Below, in pieces: positions 48,475 through 54,705 of a DNA stretch of 54,705 bases. Where the stretch lies: positions 1 to 54,705 of IMG/VR virus record IMGVR_UViG_3300045539_000150; one strand, written 5' to 3'. The DNA comes from a virus (lineage: Duplodnaviria; Caudoviricetes). The notes below the pieces were generated by a model. It saw only the letters and a program-made list of their open reading frames with translations, made no database searches and was not told where the DNA came from. Every line of letters begins with the position of its first letter. Within the stretch, counting starts at the first letter, position 1. A program made the translations under genes and the position numbers.

Positions 48475-49296
48475 ATCTACTTTAATAGCCTTTAATTCTA
48501 GTTCATCTATTTCGTTTTGTATTGAATTATTTTGTAGTGATGTTTCATAATGAATAGCCAATTTTGCCTTTATATTAGCTTCACTATTTCTAATAGCGTA
48601 CTGTCGATATCTACCTTCTACATAATCCTTTCCCATAAACTTATAATGTAATAATTTTATTGGAAAATCGTTAAATGAATTTAATATTTCAAATTGCATT
48701 TTCCATCTTCCCCATGGATGTCCATTCCATTCTCCAATTGGTCTAATATTTGAAGGAACTGGATGGTATATTTCTCCATGTATTTTGGAATTTAAATCTA
48801 TTTCATGACAACCTTCAATCCATTCAAATGAATCCACTTTATTTGGATTAATCAATATTGGTTTTGAGTACCATGGATCTGGAACTCCATACTTAATCTC
48901 ATCGTATATTTGATTATCTTCTATTGGAAATGATTGAGATACCATTTGAAATCCTGCTGGAAATATTACAGCATTATCATTATTTTCTAGCCATTCTAAA
49001 ATATTTGGATGTACTATAAATTCGTCACAATCACTTACAATAATATAATCTGCATTTCCTTTAGCGTCATTAATACATTGATGTTTTAAATCTAAATGAA
49101 CGTAATCATTAAAGGTTTCATTTGTATTATATTCTCTAACTTCTACTATTGGATATTGTTTACAAATCCTTAGAGTGTTGTCTGTTGATTGATTGTCTAA
49201 TACTATTATTCTTTCACAAAAAGTAGAATAGTGTCTTAGATAATACGGGAGCATCTTCTCCTCATTCCACACGGTAACATATGCCCATACTTTCAT
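48469..49296 (-). CDS. Glycosyltransferase, GT-A fold (GT2-like)
   Basis: VTVWNEEKMLPYYLRHY, VLDNQSTDNT, VSDCDEF (DxD), GCH, LLHYK. Confidence 0.9.
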   Translation of the reverse strand: MKVWAYVTVWNEEKMLPYYLRHYSTFCERIIVLDNQSTDNTLRICKQYPIVEVREYNTNETFNDYVHLDLKHQCINDAKGNADYIIVSDCDEFIVHPNILEWLENNDNAVIFPAGFQMVSQSFPIEDNQIYDEIKYGVPDPWYSKPILINPNKVDSFEWIEGCHEIDLNSKIHGEIYHPVPSNIRPIGEWNGHPWGRWKMQFEILNSFNDFPIKLLHYKFMGKDYVEGRYRQYAIRNSEANIKAKLAIHYETSLQNNSIQNEIDELELKAIKVDC

Positions 49297-49300
49297 AACG

Positions 49301-50023
49301 TTATAATATTGGTAAGTATGAAAGTTTTAACATAACATTCATTGTTGATTTAACATCTGCCTCACAATAATCCTTAATCTTTTCAAGATTTCCATTCCAA
49401 TATTCTTCAGTTGTTTCACTACCTTTCATAATGGCCTTAGGCGAAGGAATATTTAATGAATCACATATCAAATCAAGGGATGCACTGTTCCAACCTGCGA
49501 ATTTCCAAATTTCATAGGTATCTAATAAACAATTTTCCCATGGTTTTTTGTTTTGCAAATGAAGTTGTTGTGGAATTTTTACTCCATTAATAATTGAACG
49601 CTTAATTAGAAATGGAAAATCAAAGTTCTTTATATTATGTCCAGTAAATTGGATATTTGAATTTTTATTAAATATTGCCTGAGCAGTTCCCATAAATTCT
49701 TGTAGGAATATTGCCTCATCATCTCCATAAAATGATTTGATTTTTTCAACAATTGGATTTCCGGCTTCATCAAATTGAATTTGTCCAATCGATATTACAA
49801 TTATCTTTGCAAATTCAGGGTGTAATGCTGCATTTTTCATATAAAGATCTGCATCACTTAAATCCTTAAGGTCATCCTCTGTTCTTCTATAATTTTCTGC
49901 TTTTTTTACCCAATGAATTATTGCGCCAGGTCTTGCCTCACAAAAGTCACTATAATATTTAAATTCGGAAACGGTTTCAATGTCGATAAACAACATTGAT
50001 TTTAAATTTGATACGCTATACAT
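49301..50023 (-). CDS. 3'-5' exonuclease, PolB-related DEDDy family
   Basis: FIDIETV, GHNIKNFDFPFL, LDT, YCEADV. Confidence 0.9.
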   Translation of the reverse strand: MYSVSNLKSMLFIDIETVSEFKYYSDFCEARPGAIIHWVKKAENYRRTEDDLKDLSDADLYMKNAALHPEFAKIIVISIGQIQFDEAGNPIVEKIKSFYGDDEAIFLQEFMGTAQAIFNKNSNIQFTGHNIKNFDFPFLIKRSIINGVKIPQQLHLQNKKPWENCLLDTYEIWKFAGWNSASLDLICDSLNIPSPKAIMKGSETTEEYWNGNLEKIKDYCEADVKSTMNVMLKLSYLPIL

Positions 50024-50252
50024 CTTCTAGTTTTTTAGAAATATTATAAATTGAAACTGGATAATTACATGATTTTTTACCTTCGACATCGCATTTAAAC
50101 CAGTAATATGGATATCCATAATGCTTAGTTAATTTTTCACATATTGAAGTTATTGGACCATACATTCTAGTTCCAGCAAACCTAAAATAATATCGTTCTC
50201 CGATCTTAGGCTTTACAACATAGATTACAAGTTCTTTTTTATTCTTTGCCAT
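50016..50252 (-). CDS. Hypothetical protein (78 aa)
   Basis: Coupled to the exonuclease; class A motif at 50258-50285. Confidence 0.65.
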   Translation of the reverse strand: MAKNKKELVIYVVKPKIGERYYFRFAGTRMYGPITSICEKLTKHYGYPYYWFKCDVEGKKSCNYPVSIYNISKKLEDV

Positions 50253-50257
50253 ATAAT

Positions 50258-50285
50258 ATTATATGTAAGTTTTTTAAAAAGTTTA
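50258..50285 (-). promoter_or_regulatory. Class A motif TAAAC-N15-CATATAAT
   Basis: Recurrent motif and spacing; ATG 6 nt downstream. Confidence 0.55.
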
Positions 50286-50504
50286 AACTTGATTTGAAAT
50301 ACAATTATTATCGGTGGTTTGTCTAAGTGTTAAGTATCTATCAAACGAGATAGATAATTCTATCCAACCTCCTGTTATTGACTCAGGAATATCTGTATTA
50401 TGCGTGAGGTAGTGTGGTGCTTTTTCTATACGCCCTAAAAGGAAGTCGACCATTCGATCAACTTCCATATTATGGACCCATATTTTTACAAAGGTATTAT
50501 TCAT
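50283..50504 (-). CDS. Hypothetical protein (~73 aa; start likely ATG 50504)
   Basis: ATG overlapping the end of the upstream GT preferred over the longer 50546 start. Confidence 0.55.
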   Translation of the reverse strand: MNNTFVKIWVHNMEVDRMVDFLLGRIEKAPHYLTHNTDIPESITGGWIELSISFDRYLTLRQTTDNNCISNQV

Positions 50505-52332
50505 TTTCGTTATAGATGATATTGGCTGCCATTTCTGCATCGCCATATCGCGGTATTGAATTTAGTGGTGCATTTGGATTTTCGTCATATGCCCAATCTT
50601 TAAGTCCAAGTGCTTCAAATCTATCTTTAATTTGTTCATTATAATGATAACCAATTGTTCTTACTCTTCTTTGAATATCTGCTCTTGCCAAATCATGCGT
50701 ATTTTGACCTGTTGCATTATTATATAAAAATTGAACATATCCTAATTTCGGAATTTTGCAAGTTATTGTTTTTAGGAATGTTCTTACAATTAATTCATAA
50801 TCATCTGCGATTGCTAGCGTTCTATTATGTCCACCTATTTCAAAATAAGTAGAACGTCTCCATGCTCTTACGTGGTTTGGAACTCCAACAATATGTCGAA
50901 TTGTTTTTGGATTGATATTATGTTGGTTTGCAACCTTCATCATTTTTCCATTATACTCTTCGTCCCGATATGAACCATATGCAAATGCAAATCCTTCTGG
51001 ATATGTTTGACACTCCCAATTTTCATTAACCTCTAATGTGTCATTAAAAAAGAATCCTGCCTCCGGATGTTTCTTTGCAGCTCTATATAAATCTATAGTA
51101 CACCATGGAACCAATAAATCATCATGGTCTAATTCAGCAAGAATAAATCCTTTAGCCATGCAATTAGCTCTCCATTTAACTTCACCTATATTTCCTCCAC
51201 TCTTCTCTCTGAAGTCATATACCTTAACTCTAGGATCGTGTGCTGCAATATCTTCCGCTATCTTTAATGTTCTACCTCCATCCGTTGAATCATTTACAAG
51301 CACCCATTCCCAATTAGAATATGTTTGATTTAGCAATGATTGGTATGTATCATATAATTTTTCTCTAGTATTATAGATTGGAGTCGTATACGATATCATT
51401 TCGGAATCTTCTAAAGAATTTGGATCTAACATAATTGCCATTGCACATTGATATGCATATTGTCCTACATTTTCTATTGATTCTGCTTGTGAAATATTTA
51501 TCCATTTTCTACGAAATTGCAATGGCATGCTTGCTAAAATTGGAAATTCTTCCCATGTATCGCCTCTAGTTACAATACAATCTGGTTTAATATCACATAA
51601 ATATCCTTGAATATTTTCATCTGATTTTAAATATTTTACATTTAAATTATCAGCTTCATAATCCAATATTTTTAAAGACTTTAATTCAGGTTCATCTAAT
51701 CCAATATATAAAATGGTAGGAACTTTTGCAGTTGATCTTTTTTCTAAATAATTATAATGGCATAGAATATCTTTTATAAATACAAATTTATCCTTTTCAT
51801 TATTATATAAGTTAGTTATAAAAGTACCATCTGCAACATATCCTGATCCATATTCATAATTTGCATGCAAACTTGAATGAATCAACCATTGCGCCAAATC
51901 TATTTTAGATATTGCAACATTTTCAGGAATTGCTTCTCTTATTTCTAATTTAGAAAAGTCATTACCCCCAACGTACTGTGAAAATATAAATGCCTTTGCA
52001 TCTTTATTATTTTTATATTCATTTTCAATAGTAGAATAAAAATCAGGATGTACTATATTATCATCATCTACATGGTATACCCATCCATCTAAATTTTTTA
52101 TTAAAGAATTTAATTGGCTTAAACCCCAACCGTCTCCTTTCATGAAATGAAGAGTAGTACCCTTTTCATCTAATTTATTTAATAGTTCGGCATCGATATC
52201 CTTTAACGCGGCTGTATCAAAAACCACATGCCATTCTACTGTTGTGTTTTTTGGTAAATTATTAAATACAGATTTCTTTACTGTTTCGATATTACCAAGT
52301 CTGGTGCATCTTGTGATTATGCTAAATTTCAT
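50497..52332 (-). CDS. Two-domain glycosyltransferase (GT-A + GT2)
   Basis: N-domain FSIITRCTR...HVDDDN; C-domain TTPIYN, VNDSTDG, ELDHDD, ADDYEL. Confidence 0.9.
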   Translation of the reverse strand: MKFSIITRCTRLGNIETVKKSVFNNLPKNTTVEWHVVFDTAALKDIDAELLNKLDEKGTTLHFMKGDGWGLSQLNSLIKNLDGWVYHVDDDNIVHPDFYSTIENEYKNNKDAKAFIFSQYVGGNDFSKLEIREAIPENVAISKIDLAQWLIHSSLHANYEYGSGYVADGTFITNLYNNEKDKFVFIKDILCHYNYLEKRSTAKVPTILYIGLDEPELKSLKILDYEADNLNVKYLKSDENIQGYLCDIKPDCIVTRGDTWEEFPILASMPLQFRRKWINISQAESIENVGQYAYQCAMAIMLDPNSLEDSEMISYTTPIYNTREKLYDTYQSLLNQTYSNWEWVLVNDSTDGGRTLKIAEDIAAHDPRVKVYDFREKSGGNIGEVKWRANCMAKGFILAELDHDDLLVPWCTIDLYRAAKKHPEAGFFFNDTLEVNENWECQTYPEGFAFAYGSYRDEEYNGKMMKVANQHNINPKTIRHIVGVPNHVRAWRRSTYFEIGGHNRTLAIADDYELIVRTFLKTITCKIPKLGYVQFLYNNATGQNTHDLARADIQRRVRTIGYHYNEQIKDRFEALGLKDWAYDENPNAPLNSIPRYGDAEMAANIIYNENE

Positions 52333-52356
52333 ATTATTATATTAAGTTATTATTTA

Positions 52357-53307
52357 TTATACATCAAAAAAGAACATGTGAAAAAATCTTGCATTGTCAA
52401 TTGCATCTCCAAAGTATTGTGTTGCTGCATGAATATTTTTAGCGTCAAATAGTACTAATCTATTATATACGTTTCCAACTTCATCAATCTTTTCGAAATT
52501 GGTACCATCATAAAAATTCATTTCTGCACTTTTACCTTGGAAGGCTCGCACATAATTCATAGTTTTTCTTTTTGCATCATCAAAACTATAATCTCCAGTA
52601 ACTTTGCTTCTATAGAATGCAGTACCGGTCGATGCTGGAGCATCTGGTGTTAAAAATACAAGACCAGCATATGTTTGATTATCAACATGGTACACAATAG
52701 GTTGATCAGCGGTACAGAATTGAAATATTCCATTTGCGTATGAACTATGATTCCAATTATATATTGGCTTTCCAATTATTTGTTCTAATGTTTCCTTTGT
52801 GTTAAATGCAGAAAATCTGCTTGTTGCTCTTTCACCTTTATGATATGCGGATGGTGAAAATTTAATTTCATTAATAGCCCATTCTCTTATGAAATCTGGA
52901 TCTTTATAAAAATTATCTACAACGATAACCCCTTTGTTGGTATTTTTAAATCCTGAATAATACGCAATCCATTTTGCAAATGATTCTATTTCATAATCTA
53001 TTAATTCATTCGTAGATTTATCAAGTACCTTAACCTTAATTGGTTTAAAAATATCTAATTTATTAATTGAAATCTCAAACCCAATATCAGAATTAGTTAT
53101 ATTTGAATAAAATGAAGTAACATCAGTTCTATCTGTGAATTGTAATGGTTCTTGTATTTTTACATCATTAGTATTAATACCTTGTATTTTACCATTAGTT
53201 GCAAAAATCCATCCATTTAATTTGTATTCAGATGAATTTTTTTCTACAGAATCAATATACATTAGTATATTATCAGATGATGTTAAGTGTGATATAATGT
53301 CTGCCAT
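52357..53307 (-). CDS. 2OG-Fe(II) dioxygenase (DUF6445-like) with N-terminal Ig-like domain
   Basis: VIVVDNFYKDPD, HVD, AGLVFLTP, GTAFY, YNRLVLFD...IHA, ARF (HxD...H...R); N-terminal GW...RTDV...GF. Confidence 0.85.
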   Translation of the reverse strand: MADIISHLTSSDNILMYIDSVEKNSSEYKLNGWIFATNGKIQGINTNDVKIQEPLQFTDRTDVTSFYSNITNSDIGFEISINKLDIFKPIKVKVLDKSTNELIDYEIESFAKWIAYYSGFKNTNKGVIVVDNFYKDPDFIREWAINEIKFSPSAYHKGERATSRFSAFNTKETLEQIIGKPIYNWNHSSYANGIFQFCTADQPIVYHVDNQTYAGLVFLTPDAPASTGTAFYRSKVTGDYSFDDAKRKTMNYVRAFQGKSAEMNFYDGTNFEKIDEVGNVYNRLVLFDAKNIHAATQYFGDAIDNARFFHMFFFDV

Positions 53308-53311
53308 GTTT

Positions 53312-53339
53312 ATTATATTATTAAATTTAGATTAGTTTA
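53312..53339 (-). promoter_or_regulatory. Class A motif TAAAC-N15-AATATAAT (class B motif also at 53356-53364)
   Basis: Recurrent motifs. Confidence 0.55.
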
Positions 53340-53367
53340 TTATTATATTATCTTATTATATATCACT

Positions 53368-53394
53368 AAAAAAGGGACCCTATAAAGAGTCCCT
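53368..53394 (-). terminator. Intrinsic terminator after the fibre operon
   Basis: Minus strand GGGACTCT-TTAT-AGGGTCCC followed by T6. Confidence 0.8.
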
Positions 53395-53419
53395 AATTAA
53401 TATAACTAAAATTTAGTTA

Positions 53420-53788
53420 TTATATTTCTGTAACAGGTGCAACTTCCAGTGTTACGTCTGGTTCAATTTCCCATGGAGCTTTAATACTAACATATTTTGA
53501 TAGTAATTTATCTTCAACACCTCGTATTAATCCAGGTTGTAATACGTTTGTATCAACCTTAGCTTCTAACCATTCCTTAACAATGTTTTGTGTTAAAGAT
53601 TCAAATGGATTGAATTGAGTATTCTCCGATAATTCAAAGTTATGAAAGCTTTCATAATCTGCAAATGTGTTGGAATCAATATCCAATGCTCTATATGCAT
53701 AATGTACACGTGTAACCACGTTTTCATGTCCATTTAGGGTAGGTGCCACTTTAATTTTTAAATTTGTAAATTCATATACAATATTCAT
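53420..53788 (-). CDS. Small fibre-associated protein (122 aa)
   Basis: NVVTRVHY...FNPFESLTQNIVKEWL...APW pattern typical of genes following phage tail fibres. Confidence 0.6.
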   Translation of the reverse strand: MNIVYEFTNLKIKVAPTLNGHENVVTRVHYAYRALDIDSNTFADYESFHNFELSENTQFNPFESLTQNIVKEWLEAKVDTNVLQPGLIRGVEDKLLSKYVSIKAPWEIEPDVTLEVAPVTEI

Positions 53789-53796
53789 ACCTTTAA

Positions 53797-54705
53797 TTAT
53801 TTATTTTTTAGTATTGAAATTTCTGATTTTAAATCATCAATCTGTAGTTGTTGTTCTTTTATACCTTCAATTAATAATGCAACTAGTTTTTCATATTTAA
53901 CGGCTTTGTATCCATTACTTCTAGTTTCAACTAACTGTGGAAGTACTTCTTCAATTTCTTGAGCAACTACTCCAATATCATTTCCGGTATAAATGATTTG
54001 CTTGTCATTCCAATCGAAAGAATATCCTCCAATTTTAGATATTTTTAATAAAGCATTTTCAATTGGTTTTATATTATCCTTTAATCTTCTATCTGACGAT
54101 GCGTATGCTACCATATCTCCATTGGCATATATGGTATCAGTATATGGGTTACAGTAAATACCACCAGTACCAAAAACACTATTACTAGATCCCCATAACA
54201 TTTGATATGTTGAGTTTGAATCATTGTTATAACCAATTCCAACTTGTGCAGAATAACTAGAGGTTGCGGCAGAGCCTGCTGAATCTGCATATGATACTTT
54301 TACTCCACTCGGATGGTTTGAAGTTATTGACCAATACGAACCGTTCCAGTTATTTTCTATATAATAATTAGAAGGGTAATTAGCTGCCCATAATCGCGTT
54401 GGGTTAGCAGCGTATGCTCCTTGGAATCCTATTTGACCCTGTAATCCTTGGAATCCTTGTGGTCCAGGTACTGTTGAGTTAGCTCCGGTGAATCCTTGTG
54501 GTCCAGGTACTGTTGAGTTAGCTCCGGTGAATCCTTGTGGTCCAGGTACTGTTGAGTTAGCTCCAGTGAAACCTTGATCTCCTTTGAAACCTTGATCTCC
54601 TTTGAAACCTTGATCTCCTTTGAAACCTTGGTCTCCTTTAATACCTTGGAAACCTGTAAATCCTTGGAAACCTATAAATCCTTGGAATCCTCTATCTCCT
54701 TGGAA
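53797..54705 (-). CDS. Collagen-like tail fibre with C-terminal peptidase S74 intramolecular chaperone (5' end outside window)
   Basis: Frame stays open from 54705: FQGDRGFQG...(GDQGFK)n...(GFTGANSTVPGPQ)3...; ASSDRRLKDNI, GVVAQEIEEVLP, LLIEGIKE. Confidence 0.92.
   Translation of the reverse strand, partial: FQGDRGFQGFIGFQGFTGFQGIKGDQGFKGDQGFKGDQGFKGDQGFTGANSTVPGPQGFTGANSTVPGPQGFTGANSTVPGPQGFQGLQGQIGFQGAYAANPTRLWAANYPSNYYIENNWNGSYWSITSNHPSGVKVSYADSAGSAATSSYSAQVGIGYNNDSNSTYQMLWGSSNSVFGTGGIYCNPYTDTIYANGDMVAYASSDRRLKDNIKPIENALLKISKIGGYSFDWNDKQIIYTGNDIGVVAQEIEEVLPQLVETRSNGYKAVKYEKLVALLIEGIKEQQLQIDDLKSEISILKNK
54451..54567. repeat. 39-bp tandem repeat x3 (GFTGANSTVPGPQ)
   Basis: Units start at 54451, 54490, 54529; one synonymous difference. 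Confidence 0.92.
54568..54639. repeat. 18-bp tandem repeat x4 (KGDQGF)
   Basis: gaaaccttgatctccttt at 54568, 54586, 54604, 54622 (last with one mismatch). Confidence 0.92.

Noticed and set aside
668-53335. All plus-strand ORFs in the track and short minus-strand ORFs nested in other frames (e.g. 597-785, 15404-15649, 54108-54290)
   Set aside because: They are shadows of longer, motif-bearing minus-strand genes, with no recognisable motifs of their own
54451-54567. N-S-T sequons as eukaryote-type N-glycosylation sites
   Set aside because: No oligosaccharyltransferase or N-glycosyltransferase recognised; three copies arise simply from the repeat
54451-54639. Possible CRISPR array
   Set aside because: Repeats are head-to-tail with no unique spacers and encode in-frame collagen
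1-54705. Stop-codon reassignment (TAG/TGA) as seen in some huge phages
   Set aside because: Code 11 gives dense full-length genes; TAG (31008, 47927, 50016) and TGA (40013, 44950, 47127) end genes at natural boundaries
1-54705. Eukaryotic giant virus (collagen, GTs, AT-rich)
   Set aside because: gp32, gp61, gp5, gp6, gp13, gp25, gp53 and overlapping bacterial-type operons indicate a tailed phage
1-54705. tRNA genes, self-splicing introns, inteins, homing endonucleases, transposases
   Set aside because: Intergenic gaps are short (<160 bp) with no cloverleaf motifs; recognised enzymes have normal length; no HNH/GIY-YIG/LAGLIDADG/DDE motifs noticed by eye

Overview
A 54.7-kb, very AT-rich segment of a large T4-like (myovirus) jumbo-phage genome. 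Every supportable gene is on the minus strand and reads in standard code 11. From left to right: (1) a replication end with a gp61-like primase (truncated at the left edge), gp32 SSB and a RuvC-like resolvase; (2) a ~37-kb tail/baseplate/neck module (gp3-, gp6-, gp7-, gp13-, gp25-, gp5-, gp27-, gp53- and gp48-like genes, two collagen/tail-collar fibres, a spanin candidate), interrupted by an amidoligase and a 4-domain ribosomal protein bS1; (3) an accessory block with dCMP deaminase, a LETM1-like mini-protein, UvsE, RNase HII, PhoH, three UVR-motif mini-proteins, DnaJ and a 59-aa ribosomal protein bS21 missed by the ORF track; (4) a cluster of two glycosyltransferases, a 2OG-Fe(II) dioxygenase and a collagen-like fibre with an S74 chaperone (truncated at the right edge). 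bS21, bS1 and promoter features point to a Bacteroidetes host (inference). The intergenic DNA shows three distinct promoter-like classes, many predicted leaderless starts, four hairpins whose loops contain the predicted transcription start and whose 3' arms cover the translation start region, and an 81-bp repeated stem-loop/promoter cassette. All family assignments come from motif recognition by eye; no database search was run.
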